Positions 49,800 through 59,511 of a stretch of DNA of 64,000 bases are shown here, one piece after another. The position numbers were made by a program, and so were the translations under genes. The DNA lies in assembly GCA_000165345.1 (NCBI GenBank), contig CM000434.1:608001-672000 (forward strand), read 5' to 3'. Every line of letters begins with the position of its first letter. The first letter of the stretch is position 1. The notes beneath the pieces are model-generated. The model saw nothing but the letters and a program-made list of their open reading frames with translations, was not told where the DNA came from and ran no database searches.

Positions 49800-49848
49800 T
49801 TTCTCTTTTAAGTAGAGTCATTTTCTATTAGTTTTTTTTCACAGCACC

Positions 49849-49870
49849 TTGGCGCCAATTGCGCCAAAAT
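49849..49870. promoter_or_regulatory. Double E2F-like element cTTGGCGCCAATTGCGCCAAAA, 50-70 bp upstream of the SF3A2 ATG (minus strand)
   Basis: Read directly at 49849-49870. Confidence 0.5.
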
Positions 49871-50092
49871 AATATGCAAGTTCACGAGCATGAATTTGCT
49901 GAAATAAAAGGAAGAAAAAAAATGGTTGAAAAATGAATACATATTCATCTGTTTAGGTTAATATACAATAATCAAGGTCTTAATTAGGGTAACTCTGAAA
50001 GTTGTACTTATTCAATTTTTGGAGTTTTGTAAATTAGATTACTATTTTTAGATTTAGGAAAGCTTGGTCAGCTATTACTTAATCAAGAAAAT

Positions 50093-51521
50093 ATGGTCAG
50101 AGTTCAGTTGTTTTACAATTCCTCATGGGAACGAGTCTTTTTTTACAGTGATGAGCAAGAAAACCTTTTTGATAATGAGCAGAAGTGGGTATTTAGAGAA
50201 ATGAAACCATTAGAAGAAAATTTGGACTGGCATACAATCGAGTTGGAAACAAAAAGGTATGTTGTTTTTTGAAGAATAGGTCTGAAAAGTTAACTTTCTA
50301 CTATTTAGAGCTTTTTTGGAGTTTGTTTTGTGTAATACTGAGAAAACAGAATGGGACAATCCTCCTAGTTCATATGGTAGAAAAAATTACTTTATTAGTA
50401 TCAAAGATGCAGAGAGGGAGTCAGGAAAAGATGCCAAAAAAGGTCTAAAATTTTGTCTAAAGGATGGAAACTTAAGCCATATAGTTTCAAGACCTCCAAT
50501 TGCAATTGTAACAGACTTGGATGGAACTTTGATAGGACATGACGAGTATTTGAAGATGTTCAATGAGATTTGGATTAGACAGCATATGTTCAATAATTCC
50601 AAATTAATCTACTCAACTGGTAGGAACCTCAAAGATTTCCTCCTTGCAGCAAAGCAATTCAATCTTCTTAGACCTGACTATGCAATTTGCGGGGTAGGAA
50701 CAGAAATATATGAATTTCCAAATAAAGAAATGAATCTTGAGACATTTTGTCAAAGGTTATCCAATACTATAGGAAGGAATGTAACAAAAGAGGAATTATT
50801 TTCCTTGTTGAGATTCCAGGACATGGGGGAGCGTGTTGAAACCAAGGAGGGAGACGAGGAGAAAGTGACCAAAGATGTGAATCCCATGTTCCCAAGATGG
50901 TGCAAAAGCAGGTTATTTGCTTGGCCTGTGGATAAGTGGTTGGAAATCATAAGAAAAACATTCAACAGAGATGAATTGAAAAAAGAAATTCAAGAAAATC
51001 TGAACAAGATCGGTCTAGAATATTACATTAATGGAAACAACTTTCATGATCCATTTCGTCTATCAGTATCCATCAAAACAGAATATGCTTTGAAAGTGTA
51101 TGAGGAAATACAAATAAACAAAAAAAGCTATAGGTTCGCCATTAGCGGACAAGGAGCATGGAAATATTTAGATGTGCTTCCTGATAAAGGTGGAAAGCAC
51201 TTATCTATAATATTTCTCCAAGATGAGATTCTAGGAAATTCTATCCCTTTGGAAAGGTTTCTGGTATGCGGAGACTCTGGAAATGACGCTCATATGTTTA
51301 CAATCGAGACATGCAAAAACTGTTGTGTCGGAAATGCTCAACAGGATCTCAAGGATTTCTTATTAGGAGGTTGCCTAGTGAACAGTGATGAGCCTGAGTC
51401 AAGAAAAGTCTTGAGTAGCCAGAGTGAGCTCCTATGTAGAATTATGGCTTGCCAGAATCTGAAGCCTCCAAAAAAAGTAAGTTTTACTCCAAAAATGTCA
51501 TTTTGTATTTCACTCAATTGA
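50093..51521 (+). CDS. HAD-superfamily phosphatase of the sucrose-6F-phosphate phosphohydrolase (SPP/S6PP) family, two exons: 50093..50256 and 50309..51521, with a 52-bp intron
   Basis: The track ORF begins at a TTG (50316) and has no ATG before the HAD motif I, so a 5' exon is required. ATG at 50093 ... AAAAAG|GTATGT; acceptor CTATTTAG|AGC, in frame (..ETKR|AFLEFVLC..). HAD motif I is IAIVTDLDGTLIGHD, motif II is IYSTGRNLKDF...AICGVGTEIYEF (it follows plant SPP [VF]STGRS........K....P.I.I.SVGTEI), and motif IV is GDSGNDAHMF. Confidence 0.65.
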
Positions 51522-51785
51522 ATCTGAACTTGATTAGGTTTTCATTTCTATGTTGCCAAATGCTGGCGGAATTATTCAAGCATTAATACATAATGATTTT
51601 ATCACCTATAATATCGACAGTCCAAGCAGTTGATTAGACTTTGGTTAAGTCGGAAACTTGGGTAGCTTTAAAGCCAGATACAGGTCCCGATTCGAATGAG
51701 GGGCCCAAGAAGACGGGGGATCGGAAATATTGAGTATATCTCTGATACTCAACTCCTTTCAAATGATAAGTATATCAGACACTCA

Positions 51786-51832
51786 GCTATCTTTCTTTCT
51801 CTTTATCTCTCTCTTTCTTTTCTCTATAATAG
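51786..51832. repeat. Polypyrimidine (CT-rich) tract in a convergent 3' intergenic region
   Basis: ctatctttctttctctttatctctctctttcttttctct, read directly. Confidence 0.5.
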
Positions 51833-51940
51833 TTGAAATCCTTCCTATCATTACATCCAATATATTCTAAACGGCTACTATCCGAATATGGGAATAGATA
51901 GCTAATAATTCGCTACCGAGTCTCATATATAAGGCAAAGA

Positions 51941-52723
51941 CTAATAGAAAACTTGGTCTCTTCCAATTGGTAGTTGGGAGTCGTACTTAACCATCTTGAA
52001 GTTTCTTTCTTCTTCGTTAATTTCTTTTACGAGCTGTCTTTTAAGGATATTTGTTGAGTCAATTGGGATTGACATAGAGTTTTCTTGATTATCCACAAAT
52101 GATTCGCAAATCAAGGGAATGTTGGATCTAAAAGAAATAGGGAATACTTCTTTAAAGTGTTCATTATTTGAAGAGTCATTGAGATGGTTGCGCCCAAATT
52201 TCTCAATAAAACTATTACAATTGCCACCTTTGTGTAAGAGATCATCACTCTTTTCTAAATTAATGCCTGAACTATTCTTGAAACTTCGATCGAGATCACT
52301 CATATCTACCTCAGAGTCAGAAGTTCCATCATCGTCTTCATCTTCAGTTAAAAAGCTTCCTTCACTTGTGGATTCGCAGTCATCATAATAGGTCCAAGAC
52401 GCACCTCCAATAGCTTCATTCTGTGTAGAGACGGGGTTTGGAGAGGTTACAATAATGTAACTAGATGATCTATTATGAATTTGAGATATAGAAAGGTTTT
52501 CTTGGGAATTTTCATAAGGAATTACTAATAGATCTTCGGTTCTAGTTTGTATTGGCGGAAGCTCGTCAACAATTCTAACATCACAAATATCCAGGATTGT
52601 AGAGAGAGATAGATTAGAAAGTGAGGATATATCATACTTTTCCGATCCAAGGGATTCATTAATTAGAATAATTGACTGCTTTATCTCCTCCAATACTTGG
52701 TTGATTACAGGTTCCGATTCCAT
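51941..52723 (-). CDS. Hypothetical acidic protein (260 aa)
   Basis: ATG is the revcomp of cat at 52721-52723. The product is Asp/Glu/Ser-rich with no recognisable domain. Confidence 0.4.
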   Translation of the reverse strand: MESEPVINQVLEEIKQSIILINESLGSEKYDISSLSNLSLSTILDICDVRIVDELPPIQTRTEDLLVIPYENSQENLSISQIHNRSSSYIIVTSPNPVSTQNEAIGGASWTYYDDCESTSEGSFLTEDEDDDGTSDSEVDMSDLDRSFKNSSGINLEKSDDLLHKGGNCNSFIEKFGRNHLNDSSNNEHFKEVFPISFRSNIPLICESFVDNQENSMSIPIDSTNILKRQLVKEINEEERNFKMVKYDSQLPIGRDQVFY

Positions 52724-53432
52724 GATTCTTCCTTAATAAATAAACACGTTTTTCGAACGCATACAATTCAAGTTAGGCCACTGATTGTATATTAATTGTT
52801 ATTTTAGGCTACTTGGTTCAACTTTTATCATACACGTTTGAATAAGTTAGTCTTCTACTCTACATATTAAAATTGGCTACTACTTTGCGTTTGGTAATTT
52901 TATGCCATCTTTCCTGCGGGCCAGAAATTAATAGAAAATACCCTCTAATAACTTTGGCAGTAAAATAACAAAAATTAAACTTTTGCCCCTCCTTGCCGGA
53001 TTATTGGTTAGATTTGTTAATTTATATATTTTTTTTTAATAATTTTTTGATTATTAGTTGTAAAACAGATTTTTTGAAGCAAGGATATTATTACTTTTTG
53101 TTAAGTTTTGATTAGAATAGGCCTTCCATAAAATTGGCTGTAAATAAGGCAGTTGGAAGCTCTAAATAGAAATTTAATTTCCAAGACTATAAGATAATGT
53201 GATTTTGAATGACCTTTCTGAATTTCACGTAATAGATTGCTTTTTTTATTAAAAAAACTTCAACAAATAAATTGAACATTCTCTGCCGCCAAATTCAACC
53301 ATTAATTATTGAAAAATATTCAAATTTGAATAAATCTCATATTTTTGCGATTTTTTGCAAACAAAACCACATAATTTTAACATTCTGCTCTGACCTTCAT
53401 CTTTGTCCACAAATTTTAGCATGTTTTAGTGG

Positions 53433-53518
53433 CATATACCGGTGTTTTGACATTCAGGCGTTTCCCGCCTAAATTCGTATGTAAATTGGCCGCTAGCATG
53501 AAAAAAGCATGTAAAACA
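53433..53518. promoter_or_regulatory. Composite upstream element: CATATACCGGTGTTTT (ACCGGT core) followed by a GCATGTAAA box, 25-110 bp upstream of the coiled-coil gene ATG (53542)
   Basis: catataccggtgtttt at 53433-53448 and gcatgtaaaac at 53508-53518, read directly. The same 15-mer occurs reverse-complemented at 62241-62255. Confidence 0.45.
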
Positions 53519-53541
53519 ATGTGGGTACATGCAAAAAAAAC

Positions 53542-55635
53542 ATGGAAATTAAGAAAATAACACAAATGCAGCAGGATGAGATTTTTCAAGAGAATTTGGA
53601 ACTATTTTTAAGGAACTGTGAGTTGAATAGAGAGGTGGGATGGAGGGAGGTTGAAAACACGGATTTACTAGTCCGTTTGAATGATTATAAAGAGAATCAG
53701 AAGAGTTTGGAGCTTTTTATAAAGAAGCTAAAAGAAGATGAGATTGACTCATGCTTAGGAGAAATTTCGGCAAAAAGTCAGCTTAAAGAGTCTCAGAAGA
53801 TAGTGAGAAGCTTGGAAAAATACAACGAATATTTAAAGGCTATGCTACGTAAGTATATGAATGCTGGTTGCCACATAAATAAAATTTTGAATGGGGAAAA
53901 GATAACTTCGGAAGGATCATTAGAAAATGAATCTGAGGACGAATTCAGAGAGAATTTGAAGAAATGTCTGAACATACTGGAACTGCTTTCGATGGATATT
54001 GAGGAGCAAGTCAAGTATAAGGACAAGTACAAAGCATTGAAGACAGAAAACAAAGATTTAAAAGGTAGAATTGAGAAGTTGACTAGGGTTAAGCCAAGCA
54101 AAAAGGTGAGAATGGAGGTTTCTCTGACAATAATTGAACCATTTGAGTTTGATAAAGAATTAATCAAAGATACCCAAATAGTTGAGGATGTTTTTGAGCA
54201 GATAAAAAACGACCCTGTGGATAAAAGTCTGGAGGAAGAAGATATTGATAACAAAGAAATTGATATTAGTTATGAAGTTGAATGTTTGAATTACCTAATA
54301 AAACAACATAAGAAGGAAAATTTCGAGCTTAAGCAAAAAATTTTCGAGTATGAATTCAAAGATAACAAACTTGACGTGGAAGCACTAATAGAGTCAAAAC
54401 TTATGGATAAGCAAAGGGAACTAGATGAGTTGGAAGAAGAGTACTCAAATTGGGTAATTAGACTTCAGGGAGAGAATTCTGAGCTAAGAAAAGTAATTGA
54501 AATCCAAGAAAAGAAACAATCAGAATTTATTGATAACTTTACCAAAAAAAGCCAAGAGAAAGCAAAAGAAATGCAAAATATGCAGTTAAAGTTGGTAGAG
54601 AATTACGAGGAGAGGCTTAGAGAAAAGAATGAAGAGTTGAGGAAGCTAAGAGGAGAAAATATACAAGGAGAAAAGGATAGTATAGAAATAGAGTCTCTAA
54701 ACAAAATAATTAAGAGTCTCGAGGAAAAATTAGTTTCTATTTCCAGTGAGAGGCATCGTTTATCATTAGAACTTGAAAAAACAGCTAAAGATCTCAAAGA
54801 TACCGATAAGAGACTAGTTTTGAGTGAAGAAGAAATAAAGAAAAGAGAAAAAGAATTTGATTCTCTAAAAGCTGAGCAGGAAAAAATCCTTGAAGAATAT
54901 TACCATGAAAAGAAGTTGCACCAGAAGTTCGAACAAGATGCTCACTCACTAAAAAAGGAGCTCGATAATGTACTCAGTGATATGTACAAGAATCAAAAGA
55001 AAACTAGATCTGGAATTGTTGGCGATTCCATTGATAGCGACAAAATTTCTTCGATTGAAGCTGTTATTAAGCATTGCAAAGAACTTGAAGGTAAAGTTGA
55101 AGAATTAGGTTGCGAATTAGATCAACTTAAAAGTGGGAAATCTGTCACTTATACAAATTCAAGTCATAATAATGCAGAAATTGAAACTCTATTTGATCAG
55201 GTACAAAGCCTCAGGAAAGAACGTGAACAACTTAAAAAAGACATTAGGCAGAGAGATTGGGCCAAAGTCGAAGTTGAAATTCTTCATAAGCGTATTACCG
55301 AGGAAATTGATCAACTCAAGAGGGATAACACTCGACTAATGCTTGAAAATCTCAGATTAAGAGATTCTGGCGGAATCCAGATTTCTCAAAGGCAGAATTT
55401 CTTGAATTCAAACAATGAAAATATTCAAGCCAATAGTACGAGATCATCCATTTCGGGTGACAAGCAGGAATTACTAAATAAAGGCACTGAGACGAACCCT
55501 TCAAATCTTGAAGAAACTAATCATAATAATTCAAACGTTTCTGTTTCTAGAAACAGTATTCAATCTATACTTAATCTAAAGGCTCCTAGAAGGCCTAGTT
55601 TACTAGTTCAACAAAGGAACTACTCCGAAAAATAG
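53542..55635 (+). CDS. Long coiled-coil protein (Glu/Lys-rich, ~700 aa)
   Basis: The track start at 53521 is a GTG; the first ATG is at 53542 (MEIKKITQMQQDE...). The product has extensive heptad-like E/K/L-rich sequence throughout (e.g. LEEEYSNWVIRLQGENSELRKVIEIQEKKQSEF). Confidence 0.55.
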   Translation: MEIKKITQMQQDEIFQENLELFLRNCELNREVGWREVENTDLLVRLNDYKENQKSLELFIKKLKEDEIDSCLGEISAKSQLKESQKIVRSLEKYNEYLKAMLRKYMNAGCHINKILNGEKITSEGSLENESEDEFRENLKKCLNILELLSMDIEEQVKYKDKYKALKTENKDLKGRIEKLTRVKPSKKVRMEVSLTIIEPFEFDKELIKDTQIVEDVFEQIKNDPVDKSLEEEDIDNKEIDISYEVECLNYLIKQHKKENFELKQKIFEYEFKDNKLDVEALIESKLMDKQRELDELEEEYSNWVIRLQGENSELRKVIEIQEKKQSEFIDNFTKKSQEKAKEMQNMQLKLVENYEERLREKNEELRKLRGENIQGEKDSIEIESLNKIIKSLEEKLVSISSERHRLSLELEKTAKDLKDTDKRLVLSEEEIKKREKEFDSLKAEQEKILEEYYHEKKLHQKFEQDAHSLKKELDNVLSDMYKNQKKTRSGIVGDSIDSDKISSIEAVIKHCKELEGKVEELGCELDQLKSGKSVTYTNSSHNNAEIETLFDQVQSLRKEREQLKKDIRQRDWAKVEVEILHKRITEEIDQLKRDNTRLMLENLRLRDSGGIQISQRQNFLNSNNENIQANSTRSSISGDKQELLNKGTETNPSNLEETNHNNSNVSVSRNSIQSILNLKAPRRPSLLVQQRNYSEK

Positions 55636-56060
55636 TCAATAATGTACTGTCAAATATAGTTCATCCTCCAAAAATAAGTAATTTCAGACAAATTATGTTA
55701 AATCCCTAAATCTACATTTATCTAAGAAATATAATTAGTGAATATTAATTTATTAATTTATAATCTTTATGGTTTAGAGAATCTTGCAAATATTTCGCGC
55801 CATTTCCTTTTAATGTTTAAAAAATAAATATTTTGAAATTATTTAACTCAATTGTTCATTAAAAATCAAACTCTTACAAGAATTAAGGTAAGAAGAGCTA
55901 AACAATTATAAATATCTGTTTTAATTACTAGAAACTTTAATTGATATTTGAAAGCTCCATATCCAAAAAAGAAAAGTTGAATGCAAGATCTAAAAAAAAG
56001 CCAAAGCAAGTAAATTAGTGTTATAAACTATTCTAGGTGCTTTCTTAAAGATAGCTCTTA

Positions 56061-56813
56061 ATGGAGATAATCAGAAATATAATTAACATATATCTTAAAA
56101 AGTTCTTGCAGCTTGAGGATCTTAAGTGGGACATCAACCAAGGACTACAAGTTGACCATGTTAGGGCAAACTCACAGAGTATCAATAAACAATTCGAAGA
56201 AAAAGGTATTCCCATTCAAATATATAATGGAACTTTAGATTCAATAAAGATTACTTACTCTCCTACAAACGGAACATTTCAAATACATATAAAAGAAATT
56301 AATGCTCAAATCAAGCCTAGGGTACTTTCTACTGTCGGAAAAAAGATCCAGCAAGGAATTGTTAACATTATTCTGGATGAGGACCCCATTGAATTTATTG
56401 ATTCCTACTCATACATCAGAGATCTACCCATATCATACCTAGAACAAGCAAGTAAAAAATCAGAATCATCTATTGCTGATCCCGACCTTATTCCAGACCC
56501 TCCCAGGTTTCCCACTGCTGCCTTGAAAATCAAACAACATACAGATTACCCGCCCAAATATTACCCGCCACTTCATTTTAGTATTTATAAGCCAAAAGTT
56601 ACAAAGATGCCTGCAACATCAACACCACTCATATTTCAAAATCGTTGCCAGGAGCATCATCTACCATCTAGTCCACTGGTGTATGGGCCAAGGAATCAAA
56701 GTGTTCCTATTTTACAGGATTTCCACAGCCAGTTTCAGCCCAGTTATATAACAAATAATAACTGCGAAAATGGACATGTTAGAGCACTTAGGGAAAGCGG
56801 TTTTTGCATATAG
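56061..56813 (+). CDS. Hypothetical protein (250 aa) with a Pro-rich C-terminal half
   Basis: ATG at 56061. The N-terminal ~90 aa (MEIIRNIINIYLKKFLQLEDLKWDINQGLQVDHVRANSQSINKQFEEKGIPIQIYNGTLDSIKITYSP) show an amphipathic pattern weakly like chorein-N-type N-termini. The C-terminus is Pro/Tyr-rich. Confidence 0.4.
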   Translation: MEIIRNIINIYLKKFLQLEDLKWDINQGLQVDHVRANSQSINKQFEEKGIPIQIYNGTLDSIKITYSPTNGTFQIHIKEINAQIKPRVLSTVGKKIQQGIVNIILDEDPIEFIDSYSYIRDLPISYLEQASKKSESSIADPDLIPDPPRFPTAALKIKQHTDYPPKYYPPLHFSIYKPKVTKMPATSTPLIFQNRCQEHHLPSSPLVYGPRNQSVPILQDFHSQFQPSYITNNNCENGHVRALRESGFCI

Positions 56814-56858
56814 ATTAGAGGAAATAGCTTAGCTATCGTTACTACTATCAATGTCATT

Positions 56859-57881
56859 TTACTTTCTATTGCTTCTCGAATTCCTCAACTTGTTTTTTGA
56901 GGCAGTTCTATTTTTGTTTGCACTAATGAAAGTTTTGTTTAAAAGTGTTGAAAGCTCCTTATCTTGTTGATTTATTTGGTCTATTATAAATCCTGTGTTT
57001 GTAATAACATCTTCAGTATTCTCTGATACATCGTATTCCCCTGAGTAATATTCTTCATCTGACAATGAATCTTCTCCCATGTTTAGAGAGTTATCAACTA
57101 TCCCAATACCAGAGAACGAGTCTAACTCATTCTTGTACATTCTATTACAAAGTTTCGGGTACTCTAAAGGTTTATAAAGTTCCTCAATCTGATTTAACCA
57201 ATCTTTTGCTCTTTCTGATTTTAGATTTAAATCCTTAGAGCTTTCGTTACCTGAAATGGCTTTCCCCAGAGTCCTACCATCACTTGGGATCTTGATCCTC
57301 TCAGCTGTCCTGTTAATACCAAAAAATGAATTCTTTCTTGAAGGTAAGCCTCTATTAAAAGAATGCCTTCCATTTCTTGCATCAAAACTCATGGAAAGCC
57401 TACTTTCTTTCAAGTCAAATTCATTCAAACCTCTCAAATTTAACCTGTTCTTTTTTTCGAATCTACTATTTTCATTATTAAAGTAGCAATCATTCTGAAA
57501 TAATTCGTTTATCTCAATCTCAACCTGTCTTGAAACTGCCAAATCTACTTGTCTACACTTACTTTTTAAACTATCTCCTTTTAACCTGTCAATTTCGCTC
57601 CTCATCAGCTCATTATGTTCTAATGTATTACTGTATAGCTGGTATGTTTCTAGAAGCTTTTTTCTTAAATTATTTACTTCATATCTTAACTGTCTTCTTA
57701 GCTTTAACTCAGTCTTATGTTCTAATTCTACTTGTCTCAATTTTCTCTCGAGGAATCCAACAGTTTGTGCTTCCCTCTCCTTAGTCTCTAAATGTCTCTT
57801 TTCCAAATCATTCAACTTCACCTCTAACCGACTTTTGAGAATAAAGTCCTTCTCATTGATTAGTCCAGAATTATCCTCCAT
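56859..57881 (-). CDS. Hypothetical coiled-coil protein
   Basis: The track start at 57899 is a TTG; the first ATG is the revcomp of cat at 57879-57881 (MEDNSGLINEKD...). The N-terminal 130 aa are coiled coil (LEVKLNDLEKRHLETKEREAQTVGFLERKLRQVELEHKTELKLRRQLRYEVNNLRKKLLE). Confidence 0.45.
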   Translation of the reverse strand: MEDNSGLINEKDFILKSRLEVKLNDLEKRHLETKEREAQTVGFLERKLRQVELEHKTELKLRRQLRYEVNNLRKKLLETYQLYSNTLEHNELMRSEIDRLKGDSLKSKCRQVDLAVSRQVEIEINELFQNDCYFNNENSRFEKKNRLNLRGLNEFDLKESRLSMSFDARNGRHSFNRGLPSRKNSFFGINRTAERIKIPSDGRTLGKAISGNESSKDLNLKSERAKDWLNQIEELYKPLEYPKLCNRMYKNELDSFSGIGIVDNSLNMGEDSLSDEEYYSGEYDVSENTEDVITNTGFIIDQINQQDKELSTLLNKTFISANKNRTASKNKLRNSRSNRK

Positions 57882-58094
57882 TAATAAGCTTTTGATCAAT
57901 TCAAACTACCCTACATTAACTTAAACATTAAGTAATATTAAATACTAAGTTTAAACCCAAATAATTGCTCTCACTTTATTCCTCGATTTGTAAACAATTT
58001 TAAATCTTTTTTTTAAATTTTTTTAATTTTTAATATTTTCTTTTTCCTCAATTAGATTAAATCTTTGTAATATAATAAATATGCTTACTTGCGT

Positions 58095-58105
58095 GGCGCC
58101 AAAAG
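58095..58105. promoter_or_regulatory. E2F-like box TGGCGCCAAAA in a divergent promoter (about 140 bp upstream of the 58244 ATG)
   Basis: gcgtggcgccaaaag at 58091-58105, read directly. Confidence 0.45.
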
Positions 58106-58243
58106 ATTCCCATTTGCATGCTTTTTAAAAAAAGCCCTCAAATATTCAAGAAAAAAGAAAATCTGAAAGATTCGTCTGACACAGATAAATATGTTTTTAA
58201 ATAAAATCTGAAACTTCAGATGGTAATTAAATCTTTTGTTTAA

Positions 58244-59464
58244 ATGAGTCACATTAGGCCAGTAATTAAATTAAAAGGAATAGAACCAATATGGAAGAAT
58301 TCAACAGATATTCTCTCATTTGAAGAAACTTCTATCATACAAAAGTCTCTCAAGCATATGTCTAATGAAATTAAAGAGCTAAAAGAATGTAAACAAAGTT
58401 TATCTTATTTAGAAGTTGTTGATATTTATAAAAGATTTGGTGATCTTATAAACTGTTTTGTTACTCATTTTGACTTTAATAGAGTAAAGATATTTTCTCA
58501 AAGGAGAAGCATTGCAAAGTACTCCTACCATATATTGATATGTATTATCAATATTATTGAAGATAAGTCATTTCAGCTTGATAAAGAAAGTTTAGTAAAA
58601 AGTTGTCAGATATGTTTGAATTATTACTTTCCATCAAAGGCAATCAAACAAATGGAATCCAACTCAAATAAATCAGAATTCGATCTAAATAGCAGTTCTC
58701 AGAGGTTTGATTTAAATAGAAGTCAGGATTTATGTAGTACTCCTCCTAGAAGTTCCGTATCTATGGATATTTCAAACTGTCTTCCCAACCCAAGTCCATT
58801 TAATTTATCTTTAATATCACCAGGATCTTCAAGTATTTCAATTTACCAACAACCTATTACAAGATATAACTCTTCAGAAAATTGTCTCTCTGAATATACA
58901 AATTTACATATCCAACATAATCAAGAAGAACCTTTTAGCTGTGAATCAGAGTTTTTCCCAAATGAATTTCAGTTGCCAATGCCAATTGAGGAAGCAAAAA
59001 GAAGACTCAGAGAAAAGCTATTGAGGAAGGAAATATCTGATATGAAGAAACAAAAAAATAAGGAGCTTGACTACCAATCCGACTATAGCAATTTAAGCTC
59101 TCCTTTAAAAAGTAAATCTCTCTTACATTCTTGGGGAAGCGAGCAAAGCGATAAGTCTGAATTACATATTGAAGATCTTGCTGGTGCATCAAGTGAAAAT
59201 CCATACAAAAGCAATAAAGTTGTCAATATCAAACATAATCTACAAACCCAATCAGACTTTTGGGAATCTACAAAAGTTGCTGCTCAATTAGCTGAAACAT
59301 TACCCGAACCTCACAGGACTCGTAGAATCAGAAAAGAAATCTATCAACAAAGTATAGAAAGATCTGTTGAACTTTTAAAGAGCTTAGGGATTTGTAGGAA
59401 CTTCAGACCATCAGTCCTTACAAAGACGATGATACATACTGTAGAATGTATAATAGATTACTGA
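58244..59464 (+). CDS. Hypothetical protein (406 aa)
   Basis: ATG at 58244. No recognisable domain. The C-terminus is basic (EPHRTRRIRKEIYQQSIERSVELLKSL). Confidence 0.45.
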   Translation: MSHIRPVIKLKGIEPIWKNSTDILSFEETSIIQKSLKHMSNEIKELKECKQSLSYLEVVDIYKRFGDLINCFVTHFDFNRVKIFSQRRSIAKYSYHILICIINIIEDKSFQLDKESLVKSCQICLNYYFPSKAIKQMESNSNKSEFDLNSSSQRFDLNRSQDLCSTPPRSSVSMDISNCLPNPSPFNLSLISPGSSSISIYQQPITRYNSSENCLSEYTNLHIQHNQEEPFSCESEFFPNEFQLPMPIEEAKRRLREKLLRKEISDMKKQKNKELDYQSDYSNLSSPLKSKSLLHSWGSEQSDKSELHIEDLAGASSENPYKSNKVVNIKHNLQTQSDFWESTKVAAQLAETLPEPHRTRRIRKEIYQQSIERSVELLKSLGICRNFRPSVLTKTMIHTVECIIDY

Positions 59465-59511
59465 TATTTAGAATGACGGATTCTATTTTCTATATACTAA
59501 TATCTAAATTC

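Noticed and set aside
51640-51720. Possible tRNA (sequence ...ggtcccgattcgaatgaggggcc... with a T-loop-like GATTCGAAT)
   Set aside because: The putative T-arm would have an 11-nt loop and a G·U-containing 6-bp stem. I could not find acceptor, D or anticodon arms in the flanks, so it is not a tRNA by cloverleaf criteria.
53272-53472. 66-aa plus-strand ORF
   Set aside because: It lies in the promoter of the coiled-coil gene and overlaps the ACCGGT motif, with no coding signature.
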